Of a stretch of 64,000 bases of DNA, positions 9,083-19,581 are shown piece by piece; the first letter of the stretch is position 1, and each line of letters begins with the position of its first letter. The position numbers and the translations under genes were made by a program. The notes below the pieces were generated by a model that worked only from the letters and a program-made list of their open reading frames with translations, had not been told where the DNA came from and searched no databases. Source of the DNA: a virus; the IMG/VR virus record IMGVR_UViG_3300032214_001486, positions 40,975 through 104,974 of that record; one strand, 5' to 3'.

Positions 9083-9353
9083 CGGGGCCGCCGTCGTCGG
9101 GGCCATCGTCGTAACAACCCCCGTAACCCCCGTCCTCGTCGTCGATGGGCTCGTCGGCCTCATACCGATCCCTAATGTCGGGCCGGAATTGGGCCAATTT
9201 CTCGTCCTCACAGTCGGGGCAGACCCGGCAGAGAGGAATTCCATACCCGTCCTTAATCCAGTAGGTTGAAAGGGTGCTGATTTTGCCGCCGACACACTTA
9301 TGCTCTTGCTTGGGCGGGGCGGGGGGATCGTAAAGGTGAACGATGGTGGACAT
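9072..9353 (-). CDS. small Zn-binding hypothetical protein
   Basis: HKC...CRVCPDC, acidic tail; GGAG RBS, TAATG coupling. Confidence 0.7.
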   Translation of the reverse strand: MSTIVHLYDPPAPPKQEHKCVGGKISTLSTYWIKDGYGIPLCRVCPDCEDEKLAQFRPDIRDRYEADEPIDDEDGGYGGCYDDGPDDGGPDGW

Positions 9354-9544
9354 TATTTCTCCTCCGTGTAGCCGTCAAACCACGGGCCGCGCTTTTGGGT
9401 GTAAGCGCGGGCCTTCGCCGTCGTCGCCGTCTTGGACGACGTTTCGGGGTCACTACAATGGGCCTGCGCTTCCGCCAGCGTCAAGCCGGTCTTGACTGTG
9501 CGCTTGCGCGAGCCATTGTAGAATTGTCGGACGATCTTATACAC
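9353..9544 (-). CDS. small phage-type hypothetical protein
   Basis: GTG at 9544; GLTLAEAQAHC...WFDGY. Confidence 0.7.
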   Translation of the reverse strand: MYKIVRQFYNGSRKRTVKTGLTLAEAQAHCSDPETSSKTATTAKARAYTQKRGPWFDGYTEEK

Positions 9545-9806
9545 CTTCCGCCTCCCATGCGGCCTCAGCCGCATCGTTTTCAGCTTCCTCGGCCTCGACC
9601 GCGGCCCACACCAGGGCCTCAACCTCGGACCACCCCGCCTCGTCGTCGCTCAGGCCAGGGTCGGCGCCCTCGGCCCACACGACGGCCCCCAATTCGGGGC
9701 CTTCGGGGGGCTGCCAGTAATTTCCGGGGTGACCGGGGCCGTATTCCGCGACCCCCCGGACCTCGACACCGCGGACGGTGCCGGAAAATTCGACCCGGCG
9801 GGCCAT
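9537..9806 (-). CDS. small acidic hypothetical protein
   Basis: TAATG coupling, GGAG RBS. Confidence 0.65.
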   Translation of the reverse strand: MARRVEFSGTVRGVEVRGVAEYGPGHPGNYWQPPEGPELGAVVWAEGADPGLSDDEAGWSEVEALVWAAVEAEEAENDAAEAAWEAEGV

Positions 9807-10102
9807 TATTTCTCCCCGGCGGGCTCGGAGGCGGCGGCCTCAGCGGCGGCGGCGAGCTGGGCGGTGGGCTGGGCGGCGAGCTGGGCGTCCAGCCACGCCG
9901 TATAGAGCGGCAACATTTCCGCCGCGGTGCGGGCTTTGAGTCCGCTGACTTCTTTCGCCGCGGCGAGCGCGCTGCCGTTGCGGGCTACCCGCATACCGGC
10001 AGCCTCCAAGCGGAGCGCGCTTTTGATCGTCACACACCGGTATAGGATCACGTCGGCGCCTGTGAAAATCACGGTGCCGTTGGGCTTTCTCTCGATAGCC
10101 AA
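9806..10102 (-). CDS. hypothetical protein
   Basis: TTG start with AGGAG RBS; first gene after a promoter. Confidence 0.65.
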   Translation of the reverse strand: MAIERKPNGTVIFTGADVILYRCVTIKSALRLEAAGMRVARNGSALAAAKEVSGLKARTAAEMLPLYTAWLDAQLAAQPTAQLAAAAEAAASEPAGEK

Positions 10103-10158
10103 GGGGGCTCCTGGGCGGGGCGTGGGGGAGAGGGGAGGGGGCCGCCGCCGACACCAAC

Positions 10159-10187
10159 CTGATAGCCGCCCCCCTGCCGGTCGTCAA
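10159..10187 (-). promoter_or_regulatory. sigma70-like promoter for the small-gene operon
   Basis: TTGACG-N17-TATCAG. Confidence 0.6.
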
Positions 10188-10282
10188 GGCTGGACCCTCA
10201 ACTTTTTGTGTGCTACGCTGTGGGCGCGGCCAGCGGCGCGTTTTGCGCTATTCCTGCGCCTTTACACACCAGGGGGCTTATC

Positions 10283-11785
10283 GTGTCGATTTATGCTTTT
10301 AGCGGAGTCAGCGCCGCGGGCGCTGCCGCCACGCCGGTCGTGATCGACGGGCCTCTCGGCGGTTTCGGCGAAGTATCTACGGAAATTCCCACGCCGGCCG
10401 CTCAGGTAGACTTCATCTATAACGTCAACGCCGTCGTTTTGGCGACCTACACCTACCTTGCGGGTGCAACGGTCGCGCAGAGCGCGGGGGAAGCCGTCGT
10501 TAGCTCAGGCACAAACGCGGCCGGCTATTCTCGCCTTTTCGCGCGTCGGGTTATCCGGTATCGGCCCGGTCAGGGCTCGCTTATCCGCATGACAGCGCGG
10601 TTTTCGGCAGGCACCGTGGGAAACCGGCAGCTAATCGGCGCCTATAACGTCATCGCCGGCTATCAATTTGGCTACGTTGACGATGTTTTTGGTATTCTGC
10701 ACACCAGCGCCGCGGGCGTTGAAATTCAAGCGTTGACCATCACCGGGTCGCCCGCAGCCCCCGGCAACGTGACAATTACCTTGGACGGCGGGACAGCAGT
10801 AACCGCCGCGGTAACGGCGTCAGGCAGCACCTCAATCTGCGCTTGGCAAATTAGTCAAGCAGATTATTCGCAGACCGCGGGCGGCTGGGATGCGATGGCG
10901 CTGGGCAACATTGTGTACTTTGTCCGCCGGATTGCGGGCCCCGCCGGGGCGTCTACCTTCGCTGCGGGGGCTACGGGCACGGTCGCGGCGTTCACGATCC
11001 CGACCATCGGCGTAGCTCCGACAGAAACTTTCATCCCGCAGGCCGCCTGGAACGGGGACAAATTCAACGGAACCGGGGCGTCAGCCGTTACTCTCAACCC
11101 GCAGAACGGCAACATCTACGCCATTCAATTCCAATACTTAGGCTACGGGGATGCGTTCTTCTACATCGAGAACCCCAAGACGGGGCGGTTTGCGCTCTGC
11201 CACACCATTCAGAACGCCAACGCGCGGACTTCGACGGTGCTCCGCAACCCGGCGGCGTACATCACTTGGGAGAGCCGGAACACCGGGTCCACCACCAGCG
11301 TAGCTGTCCGGGGCGCGTCGGGGTCGGCCTTCACCGAGGGCGATGTGCGCTTCCTTGGGCCGCGGTTTGCCTACCCGGCGACGCGGGCCGTTGGGGCCGG
11401 CGTGCTCACGCCCCTAATGACCTTGCGCTCTACGCGGGTGTACCAGAACCAAGCGGCCACAGGGCAGCTTCGCCTCGACCGCCTATCGGTTGCCTGCGAC
11501 GGCACAAAGTCAGTGGAGATCAGGCTGTATACCGGCGCAACCTTGACTGCTGCTCAATTCTCGCGGGTGTCTGCGGCTACGTCAATGACTGACGTGGACA
11601 CCGCGGCGACCGCAGTATCCGGTGGAACCTTGATCTACGCTTTCACCCTGGCAAAAACCGGAAACTCGACTGACGACCTATCCGACCTCGATATTGTCTT
11701 AGAGGCGGGTACTATCGTCACGGTGACTGCATTTTCGGCCAACGCCAACGATGTGACCGCGACCGTAACGTGGGTCGAGGACTAA
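10283..11785 (+). CDS. beta-rich virion protein (spike or receptor-binding candidate)
   Basis: 500 aa, A/T/G/V-rich, RYRPGQG and IQFQYLGYG strands, few charges; GTG at 10283. Confidence 0.6.
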   Translation: MSIYAFSGVSAAGAAATPVVIDGPLGGFGEVSTEIPTPAAQVDFIYNVNAVVLATYTYLAGATVAQSAGEAVVSSGTNAAGYSRLFARRVIRYRPGQGSLIRMTARFSAGTVGNRQLIGAYNVIAGYQFGYVDDVFGILHTSAAGVEIQALTITGSPAAPGNVTITLDGGTAVTAAVTASGSTSICAWQISQADYSQTAGGWDAMALGNIVYFVRRIAGPAGASTFAAGATGTVAAFTIPTIGVAPTETFIPQAAWNGDKFNGTGASAVTLNPQNGNIYAIQFQYLGYGDAFFYIENPKTGRFALCHTIQNANARTSTVLRNPAAYITWESRNTGSTTSVAVRGASGSAFTEGDVRFLGPRFAYPATRAVGAGVLTPLMTLRSTRVYQNQAATGQLRLDRLSVACDGTKSVEIRLYTGATLTAAQFSRVSAATSMTDVDTAATAVSGGTLIYAFTLAKTGNSTDDLSDLDIVLEAGTIVTVTAFSANANDVTATVTWVED

Positions 11786-11796
11786 GCGAAGGCGGG

Positions 11797-12483
11797 TCAA
11801 GGCGCGAGCAGAGCATCCACAAACAGGTTTAGCGATTGCTGGCCTGCTTTGCTCTCTAACCATCGTTCGCAGAACGGCTTGTCTGCGCCCGGATGCTCAA
11901 AGTAGGGGTCGTTTGTCCGCTGCCACACAAAGGCCCCATTTTCCGTGGGTACTTGGAAGTGGAACCAGCGAAAGACCTCCTGTAAGTGTGTAGCCGCGGC
12001 GAGGGATTTCCAGTGTAGACCCGCGACGATGACCCCACACCGCTTGCCGGTCATCGGGTAGGGCTCACCCCAGCTTGCGCCTCGGTTTTCCAGGGTGTCC
12101 ATGCGCTCGATGATCTTCTGCATGAGGGCTGAGTGTGAACCCCACCGGGTTGAAGTCGCAAAAAGCACGGTGTCGGCCCACGCAAGGCCATCGTAGATCA
12201 CAGGCATCTGATCGACGCCGCCGTACTTCTTGGGGTTCTTCACACTTTCGTAGTGCGCCCAGCACCGATAGGGTCCAGACTCCGGGTTCGCGCAGTCCCG
12301 CTTGCCGTTGGCATAGCAGCTTAGGTTCTGCACAATGTGCAGGTCGTTCGCGTTGATGGTGCGGATAACCGCCTGGGGATTGCGCTCTTTGATGCGAAAC
12401 AGGGCCGCCTCGGTCATCGCAACCGACGTACTCAGCTTCGCGTCATGCGTCGTCGTGCTGATCGCAAGGACATTCTTTGCCAT
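11797..12483 (-). CDS. NAD(P)H-dependent FMN reductase / iron-sulfur flavoprotein (WrbA-like flavodoxin fold)
   Basis: VLAISTT; Cys cluster SCYANGKRDC...YRC; DQMPVIYDGLAWADTVLFATSTRWG...KIIERMD. Confidence 0.85.
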   Translation of the reverse strand: MAKNVLAISTTTHDAKLSTSVAMTEAALFRIKERNPQAVIRTINANDLHIVQNLSCYANGKRDCANPESGPYRCWAHYESVKNPKKYGGVDQMPVIYDGLAWADTVLFATSTRWGSHSALMQKIIERMDTLENRGASWGEPYPMTGKRCGVIVAGLHWKSLAAATHLQEVFRWFHFQVPTENGAFVWQRTNDPYFEHPGADKPFCERWLESKAGQQSLNLFVDALLAP

Positions 12484-12528
12484 TAGCTTGCTCTCCAGAT
12501 ACCCCAGGGGCGAGCGGCGGACGGGGCT

Positions 12529-13260
12529 CTACTTGCCCCGCACGGACTCCACGAGAGCAAGGGCCAGGGCGTACTCCAATAGGTGCTCATAGGACCATGC
12601 AAGATCGGACAGCGTTGCTTTTTGAGGCACCCCGTTGACAGACCAGCCGGAATTGCCTGTCTTTTTCTTGAACTTTAGGGTTTTGAGGCTGTTCACGAGG
12701 CCGGCGACAAGATATGCGTTGATCTCACCCCATACTTCGGGTCCGTAGGACTGACCATAAGCCCGGATATTGCGGATTGTGCCCAAGGGGCCGGAGGAAA
12801 CAGGGTCGGTAGAATGAACGTGGTCGTTGCTGAACAGCCGGACCATCAGCAGGTAGGTAGAATAGGTGCCTGGGTGGGGGTTATTCCACCGTTTTGTCGT
12901 GGGGTTCAGCGTTTGCGCGACAAACCGATACCCCTTGTTCTTTTTGTACTCCAGCCAGTACCGCATGAGCGTCCGGTGTCGCCCATAGGGGTAGTCCTCC
13001 ACGACATACGCGGTGTTCTCGTCGGTATGCCCATAGAGGACTTCGCCCTTTGGGTCAAATTCAAACGGGGCCCGTTCCCACAATAGCTCTGCGGTACGGA
13101 TGGGGTTCGCCTCGATCCAGTCGAGCAGCCGGGCTTGCTCCGGGTAGGCGGCGAGCCAGTCTAATAGGTTCAAGTCGCTGCTGCCCCGCGCCGGGGTGAG
13201 CCGCCGCACAATCTTTTGGGCGGCCTTGTAGGCTAAGGGCTCGTACTTTTCGTCAGACAC
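12529..13260 (-). CDS. phage-type hypothetical protein with shared N-terminal leader
   Basis: GAGGT RBS and own promoter; leader RLLDWIEANPIRTAELL; core TAYVVEDYPYG...RYWLE. Confidence 0.75.
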   Translation of the reverse strand: MSDEKYEPLAYKAAQKIVRRLTPARGSSDLNLLDWLAAYPEQARLLDWIEANPIRTAELLWERAPFEFDPKGEVLYGHTDENTAYVVEDYPYGRHRTLMRYWLEYKKNKGYRFVAQTLNPTTKRWNNPHPGTYSTYLLMVRLFSNDHVHSTDPVSSGPLGTIRNIRAYGQSYGPEVWGEINAYLVAGLVNSLKTLKFKKKTGNSGWSVNGVPQKATLSDLAWSYEHLLEYALALALVESVRGK

Positions 13261-14274
13261 GGGATACCTCGGGGGTGTATGGGGGGAAAGGGGCCAGTCT
13301 ACCCTTTAGCGGCAGGCGCAAGCAAGCACGGGGCTCACGTTCCTGCGGCCCGCGCCGGCAGAATACCTTAACACTCAACGCTGAGCCCTTAACTGATTTA
13401 CTACCTGCCTAATCACCCCCCAAAACAGCAAGAGCTTAAATAGGTGCGCCCAAGAGTCATCGTACTCCCCAAAGTTTTCGAGGGGAAGCCCCTGCTTTTT
13501 TCTCCACATTTCTTGTTGAATTGCCCCAATTATGGGCTGGATATGGGCTGTCGGGGCAAAGTGTGCCCTCCAGACAGCAGTTTTGGGGTCATTGTCGAGG
13601 ATGCACACCCCGCAATCCTGTAGGGCTTTAAGTAGACTTTCGGGGTCATGGGCATCGTACTCGACCAGCCAAGGGTCGCGGATAACACGAGTAGAACCAA
13701 CACTGATTTCAACCCCCCTTAGTACAACAAAATCTGCGGAGCGGTGAAGTTCGGTGGGGGGTTTTGTCCTTGGGTCCATATTGTCCACAACGTCACTGAT
13801 CGACATCGTTTCGTGGTTGGGCCACTGAGACTGCAAAATCAAGAGAGACGGACTTTTGCGGGTTGCGGCTTTGGGTACAACCCAAATATCCTTTATGTTA
13901 CCTACGGATTGGCCTCCTTCTATTTCTTCCGTTTCTTTCTTTGCCTTTTTGTGCCATTTGGGCCAAGTACTCACAGGGATGGCCCGCGGGTCCGAGGGAA
14001 TGACAGGAGGAAACGCTCGAAGAAACTCGTTTACGATCAAAGTCGGCCAGCGGTTTCTGGTTTTTTCGTGCCCGTCCCCGTTCTCGGGGCTACCCTCACC
14101 ACCGGAGGCTATAAGGTCGGGCAGGACAGCCTGAAACACAGGCAGGGGCATCTTATCCACAAAGAGATCAAGAGCGGCCCAAATTTTAGGGGGGCTACGG
14201 TAGGACACGGGATACCTCGGGGGCGGGCAGGAGGAGAGGGGCCAGTCTACCCCTTGGCGGCGATAGAAAGCAAG
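13256..14274 (-). promoter_or_regulatory. duplicated 71-bp promoter+RBS+start block (13256-13326 and 14204-14274)
   Basis: Both copies read TTGCTT-N18-TAGACT-GGCCCC...CCCCCGAGGTATCCCGTGTC. Confidence 0.8.
13375..14208 (-). CDS. hypothetical protein
   Basis: GTG at 14208 defined by the duplicated block. Confidence 0.7.
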   Translation of the reverse strand: MSYRSPPKIWAALDLFVDKMPLPVFQAVLPDLIASGGEGSPENGDGHEKTRNRWPTLIVNEFLRAFPPVIPSDPRAIPVSTWPKWHKKAKKETEEIEGGQSVGNIKDIWVVPKAATRKSPSLLILQSQWPNHETMSISDVVDNMDPRTKPPTELHRSADFVVLRGVEISVGSTRVIRDPWLVEYDAHDPESLLKALQDCGVCILDNDPKTAVWRAHFAPTAHIQPIIGAIQQEMWRKKQGLPLENFGEYDDSWAHLFKLLLFWGVIRQVVNQLRAQR

Positions 14275-14276
14275 GG

Positions 14277-15392
14277 TTAGAGGGGTTCGCCGGGGCCGCG
14301 CCATACGCCGCCATAGACCGGGCCCTCGGAGCCGTCCCAGGTGCCGCCGTAGATGACAGCACCGCCGCTAATTTCGGCGTCGCCCTCAACGATGGTATCA
14401 TTGTAGAGCTTGCACGTCCCTACTTGTGCCCGGCCACCAACGTAAACCCGGTCGTGAAGCTGAGCATCATCATAAACCTGGGCTCCGTCGCACACTTGGC
14501 TATGGCCGTAAACGCAAGCACCGCCAATGACGACGGCATTATCGCCTACATAGCTATCGTCCGTCACCAGGGCTTCGTCCCCGACCTGGGCGCTGCCCGA
14601 TACCAGCGCCCGACCCGACACCGTAGCGGCCCCGGAAACCTCTGCGTCGCCCCTGATCTCAGGAGTACCCGCTAAGGTTGCGTTGTCCTTTACCACGGCA
14701 TCATCGAACACAAACGGACCTGCGGACGGGTCTAAGCCTTCAATATCGACCGTGCTCTCGATTACGCCCGCACCCTCAACGTAGCGCAGCCGGTTGAGTT
14801 TGGTATCGGTATTTTCCAGCTCGTTAAGGTACTGTAGGCATTTCTCCAAAAAATCGCCGTAGATGCTGTAGTCAACCTGTTTAGCCTTATACCCACGGCC
14901 AACTTTGTAATCTACCCATTTTTTGTGGGTGTAGGTCAAACGGGAAGCCTGATAGTCATACAATTCGTCTACGGTCTTGTCGATTGCCGCGGCTGCGTCT
15001 GCTCGGAAATCCTCGGCCCAACCCTCAGTGTACCCTTCTTCTCCTGCGGCCCAATCGAAGATATTGTCTACTTCGTTACTAATTTCGTGGTAGTCGTCGT
15101 GCTCAGACTTGAACCCCTGGATATGGGCGTTCACCTTGACCATGTATTGCTTGAACACGCCCAGGATGTAGCAGTAGGCGGCGATTGCATCCACCTTACC
15201 CTTCTGCCGCTCTTTGTCCCTCCGCTCAATCAAGCCCTTGGCGAGAAAGGCCCCGTAGTACAGCGGCTTGCTTTGGTACTTCTTGTCCTTTGGGCTGTTC
15301 GGCTTTAGCTTCTTTTGGATCTTATTTTCGCAAACGCCGTAGGCGCTGGCGCCCCGCTGAATGAGCACGCTTGGGTCTTGGGTGTAAGGCAT
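14277..15392 (-). CDS. protein with C-terminal left-handed beta-helix (hexapeptide repeats)
   Basis: Repeats such as VSGAAT, VSGRAL, VGDEAL; cap GGTWDGSEG. Confidence 0.8.
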   Translation of the reverse strand: MPYTQDPSVLIQRGASAYGVCENKIQKKLKPNSPKDKKYQSKPLYYGAFLAKGLIERRDKERQKGKVDAIAAYCYILGVFKQYMVKVNAHIQGFKSEHDDYHEISNEVDNIFDWAAGEEGYTEGWAEDFRADAAAAIDKTVDELYDYQASRLTYTHKKWVDYKVGRGYKAKQVDYSIYGDFLEKCLQYLNELENTDTKLNRLRYVEGAGVIESTVDIEGLDPSAGPFVFDDAVVKDNATLAGTPEIRGDAEVSGAATVSGRALVSGSAQVGDEALVTDDSYVGDNAVVIGGACVYGHSQVCDGAQVYDDAQLHDRVYVGGRAQVGTCKLYNDTIVEGDAEISGGAVIYGGTWDGSEGPVYGGVWRGPGEPL

Positions 15393-15421
15393 GGTGTGTG
15401 TCCTCTGGTCGAAAGCAGAAA

Positions 15422-16444
15422 TTAGCGCATAAGCATAGGCATTACCAGCATTAGCTGTTTGCCTGTGTCGGCGTCCAGTATGAGCAGCATTTCGCTTTTT
15501 GGTATCTGGTGTACTCGGAAACGGGAGTAACCCGCTTTTTTGAGCAGCGTGATAAGTTTGGCGCTTAGTGAGTATTGACCCAAGTTTATGTCTACGCTAT
15601 CTCTTGTCGCGGACACGCCCCGCACGGGCTGAGGTTGGGATAGGCGGGCCGCCGCAATATTTTCCTGAGTCGGAGAAACAAGGTTGATCTGATCTTCTGC
15701 CTTTTTGCCCGTGCGGTTGTACCCCAGCGTCCGATCACAAGCGGGGTCGAACAGGTCTACCCGGTTGCCTCGGATCTTCTGGTAAACGTCGATAGGGATG
15801 ATGTAAGAACCCGCCGCAACCGCGTTTTGCCCCATGTAGATTAGGGGGACTGACGTTCTTTCGCTTAACAGGTCAGACAGCTTTGCCCCAAAACCCTTTA
15901 TATTTGTGCGTGTGGGCCAATTGCGGTAGAGATCGGCTACGTCTTTTTCAGCCTTGTCAAAGTAGTGCGCGATGGGGCCATTCAGATCCAGCACGCGGGG
16001 GGAGGCTTCTGCCTTGCGGATTAGACTCGTTTGAGTAGCTCTATCCCGCCATTCTGTGAGGACTTCTCGCCCTACGTCGGTGAGTACAGCTTGTGTCTCG
16101 CTTAGATCGTACAAGGCTGATAACTGTTCTTTCGCGGCCTTTTCTTCCTTTCGTGTTGCTCGGGGAGCATAGGTACGGAAGGCAGACAGTAATTCCTCTG
16201 TTTTGATCGGTTCTGTTAAACCCCGAACGTACAACGCAAGTAAAGCGGTGTAGTTTCGATCTGTGCTGGCTGCGAACAAGGCCCGCATGACCCGTGCCCG
16301 TGTAGTGTCCTCGTTGCGCTTGACTTCCTCCCAGGCGAGGGCCTTTTCGACCATATCGGTTAGGTCGAAGTCACGCGCGGCGGGGAACCGGGCATTGACT
16401 TCTGCGATGACCCTTTGGGGATCAATGTTTTTGGGGGCGACCAC
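15422..16444 (-). CDS. hypothetical protein
   Basis: GAGGT RBS; promoter TCGACA-N18-TATACT at 16473-16502. Confidence 0.7.
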   Translation of the reverse strand: MVAPKNIDPQRVIAEVNARFPAARDFDLTDMVEKALAWEEVKRNEDTTRARVMRALFAASTDRNYTALLALYVRGLTEPIKTEELLSAFRTYAPRATRKEEKAAKEQLSALYDLSETQAVLTDVGREVLTEWRDRATQTSLIRKAEASPRVLDLNGPIAHYFDKAEKDVADLYRNWPTRTNIKGFGAKLSDLLSERTSVPLIYMGQNAVAAGSYIIPIDVYQKIRGNRVDLFDPACDRTLGYNRTGKKAEDQINLVSPTQENIAAARLSQPQPVRGVSATRDSVDINLGQYSLSAKLITLLKKAGYSRFRVHQIPKSEMLLILDADTGKQLMLVMPMLMR

Positions 16445-16521
16445 GGCGTACCTCGCAGGGAAAAGCCCCGCCAGTATAGCACAGGCGGGGCCGGGTTGTC
16501 GAGCGCAGTTTTCGCCCGACC

Positions 16522-17106
16522 CTAATCGTCAACCTTTGCCTTCCTCCGCTTGCTTGTCACCGGGTAGTGCTTATTCATCCAGGCTTTCACGGCTCCGTAG
16601 CGTTCACCGTAGGGTATCTGCCCGTAGTCGTGCGCGACATACATATCCTTTAGGTATTTCGCGGCGTCCTGACTCCAGATGCGACGGGCTTCTTCCTGCT
16701 GTTCGATGGTAATGGCGCCCGTATCTGCTCGGTCTGCGAGTACCCGTTGAATGTCCGAGACAAACATTCGCTTTACGAAGATGCCCTGTAGGGCGCCGTA
16801 GAAGTCTGCCGCCAAGCTACCGGGGGAAGGGGCCGAGCCGCGCACAAGGAACCCGCCATCGCCCCTTTCAGGGTAAGAGCTTTGTGCCCACGCTGCGATG
16901 TTCTCCCGCGTCGGGGGCAGCCGTAGTCCCGGCTGGGCCTCAACCGCAGCGTAGATCAGCCGGGCGGTCTTGCTTTCGTTCTGGTCTACCCATTCGCGCA
17001 GACCAGGGCTCTCCCGCTCCCGCAGCGTGATCTCCCGGTCTACCAGCCGCCACAACGCCGCCGCTTTCAGCCGCAACGCAAATTCTGTGTCTCGGTCTGT
17101 GGTCAT
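16522..17106 (-). CDS. hypothetical protein with shared N-terminal leader
   Basis: GLREWVDQNESKTARLI; ATGA coupling. Confidence 0.7.
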   Translation of the reverse strand: MTTDRDTEFALRLKAAALWRLVDREITLRERESPGLREWVDQNESKTARLIYAAVEAQPGLRLPPTRENIAAWAQSSYPERGDGGFLVRGSAPSPGSLAADFYGALQGIFVKRMFVSDIQRVLADRADTGAITIEQQEEARRIWSQDAAKYLKDMYVAHDYGQIPYGERYGAVKAWMNKHYPVTSKRRKAKVDD

Positions 17107-19565
17107 GTCGTCCTCGGTCCTTGTAGCTGCTCGTCGGTGAAGGTGCCTTCTTCTTCGCCGTTAACGTACTCAACGTACAGGCCGGGCAAGTTTTTACTTA
17201 TGCGTGTCGATCCTACGCTGACCCGATAGAACCCCAACCCGTCGTCTGTCTTGTCACCTTCGGCCCCTCTGTTCTCGTCGGTGTTATCGTCGTCGTCAGA
17301 CCTGTACTTTTTGCGAAACCCAATATCTGTGTGCCACGTTACGGGTTGCTCTGACAAAAGCTGTGTCATTCTGTTCGCATAGCCATCGCTGCCCGGCAAG
17401 TAAGGCCAATATGCCCGCCGTAGGAAGTAGTCGCTTTGGTCCTCTACGGATTGTGTGGGGAGAACCCTTCCAAACGCCTTAGTGAAGTCCGCCGCATCAG
17501 CGACAGCCCAAGAGGGTGTGTAGCGGGTCGTGTCCCGCCGCATTGAGTCAAACCGGCGTTTAAGGTAATCTGCGATATTCTCTCCCCCCTCTTTCCGGTC
17601 ACGCGCACCCCGAGCTTTCTTATACACTTCGTCTTGGATGCCGTAATACTTATGGATAAATGTTGCGAAGGTGTAGTACATATTCACGACGAGCAGAGCC
17701 AAATACTTGGCCCATCGACTACGGACGCTTTTGACCTGTTCGACTACATCGGAAGGCAGCAGATTTTCGCACAGCAGCACATCGGGGTTGACGATCCAAC
17801 CGTCCTTAGAAACGCAGAATTTCGCAAAAACATCGGCCACGACTTGCAAATCGTTATCCAGGGCCCCAAGGCGACCCGCGGCTGTATCGACACCAGACGA
17901 AAATAAGCAAGCGTCGGCCTGTCTGTAATTCAGGGCCCCCCGGCTTTCTTTCACAAGCAGGTCAAGGCAATCATTGACCTTCCGCGCTGCGGCTTGATAC
18001 TCCGCGAGTAGCTGGGGGTTACAGAAAGAGAAGGGCTGGATATTCCCCCTAAAGTTCTTTGCGTACAGCCGAGCAAAGGGGTCGTTACGCCACGTTTGCT
18101 CGTCAAGATCGTAGGAGAATGGGCCCAGCAGCAATTCATTGAGGCGGTGGAAGGCATTGAAGAACGTGTGTGGTGTCTCCCGCAAAGGATCGCCGGGTTT
18201 GGCCTTGGAGCCTTGTAGCGGGGGGTGTACGAAGTCAATAAGCACCACAGACTTCCGCTTTTTGGCTTCCTCAGACGCCCTCTTGTAGAATTCCTCGCTC
18301 CGATAATTGTTAGGGGCGATCATAAAGGACAGGCGCAGCGAGGGTAGCCCCCGCTCCAAAGCGAGGCGATCAACGTGGTCTAAGCCCTTAGAGAATTTCT
18401 CTTTAGCGTCCTGCCGGAGCATGGGCCCAAAGTAGTAGTGAGCGGCGCCCTGCTTCCCCTTGAATTCATTTTGCCAGGAGAGCAGAGGGTTTGCACGGTA
18501 GCCGTTGGCCCGCGTTTTCGATTGCGTGTCGGGGGCGACCTTGCGGAAGCCACTATCCCCCTCATAAGGGATGAATTTCTTGTCAAAGAGGTTAGGTAGG
18601 TCCAGCCGGATACGGTAGCCCGACTTCGTGGCCTTTGTCGCTTCGATGACACCGCAAATCTGCGCTTCGGTAAATCCACCAAGTCTCTTAATGACAGCGC
18701 AGACGCGATCTCCGGCCGCTATCCCCTGACTCGACATACGCCCCGCGATCTTGTCTTTGTGTTCTTGCAGGTAAGCGTTGATCAGCAGGTCAATCTTGGT
18801 TTGGTTCTTTTCAAGGAATACCTTGTACTCAGGGCTGCTTAGGTACTGATTGCGTCCGCCATATTCCTCGTATTTCCCCTCCATGTAGGCTAAGTATTCT
18901 GTGTAGGACTGTAGGCTCGGCTGTTTTTCCGGTATGACACCGGGTACACCTGGGCGCAACCGTTCTTCTGTGAACCCAGCATTGAAGGCAGTATACTGAT
19001 CAATTGAGGTGCCGGCCGTGAATACCACGCAGGGACCGCTGGTGAGGCGGTCTATTGCGATATTCTGAGCAGGAACGTGAGACAGACCCGCCTTGCCGGA
19101 CAGGAGGCCGATTTCGCGCGCAGCCCGTTTCGTTTCATCCAGGCTGAGCTTGCCTTGGGGTGTGACCGTAGCAGCGAGGGTGTTCACCAGCATCTTTAGG
19201 TCAGCAGCTAAGCCTTTGTACTGGCCCCGAGCCGACCCCACAGACCACTCCCTGTTTCCCAGGATCAAGGTGCGGCCCGCCTTGCCATCCCGCATGACGC
19301 TGGGCGGGTTTGGGATGAATTCGTAAAGGCCGTCTGCCTGCGGGTCTGGACTTAGGTCCACACCATAGGCCAGCAGGACCGGGCGCAGCAGCAGAGGCAG
19401 GAACGGGTCAAGCCCTACAGCATCCCGCGCGTCCAAGGCGTCTGCGATTAGATCAAAGGTACGGGGTATATTTTGATCTACCCACGCTTTCAGCGCAGGT
19501 TTACCCTTGATCTTGGTCGATAACCGCCTGTAGACGCGGCCTTGTGTTTCGTTGACGGCTTTCAT
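17103..19565 (-). CDS. large multidomain hypothetical protein with shared leader and internal RANGYRANP linker
   Basis: ALKAWVDQNIPRTFDLI; 820 aa; GAGG RBS. Confidence 0.75.
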   Translation of the reverse strand: MKAVNETQGRVYRRLSTKIKGKPALKAWVDQNIPRTFDLIADALDARDAVGLDPFLPLLLRPVLLAYGVDLSPDPQADGLYEFIPNPPSVMRDGKAGRTLILGNREWSVGSARGQYKGLAADLKMLVNTLAATVTPQGKLSLDETKRAAREIGLLSGKAGLSHVPAQNIAIDRLTSGPCVVFTAGTSIDQYTAFNAGFTEERLRPGVPGVIPEKQPSLQSYTEYLAYMEGKYEEYGGRNQYLSSPEYKVFLEKNQTKIDLLINAYLQEHKDKIAGRMSSQGIAAGDRVCAVIKRLGGFTEAQICGVIEATKATKSGYRIRLDLPNLFDKKFIPYEGDSGFRKVAPDTQSKTRANGYRANPLLSWQNEFKGKQGAAHYYFGPMLRQDAKEKFSKGLDHVDRLALERGLPSLRLSFMIAPNNYRSEEFYKRASEEAKKRKSVVLIDFVHPPLQGSKAKPGDPLRETPHTFFNAFHRLNELLLGPFSYDLDEQTWRNDPFARLYAKNFRGNIQPFSFCNPQLLAEYQAAARKVNDCLDLLVKESRGALNYRQADACLFSSGVDTAAGRLGALDNDLQVVADVFAKFCVSKDGWIVNPDVLLCENLLPSDVVEQVKSVRSRWAKYLALLVVNMYYTFATFIHKYYGIQDEVYKKARGARDRKEGGENIADYLKRRFDSMRRDTTRYTPSWAVADAADFTKAFGRVLPTQSVEDQSDYFLRRAYWPYLPGSDGYANRMTQLLSEQPVTWHTDIGFRKKYRSDDDDNTDENRGAEGDKTDDGLGFYRVSVGSTRISKNLPGLYVEYVNGEEEGTFTDEQLQGPRTT

Positions 19566-19581
19566 GGTCGGTGTCCTCGAC

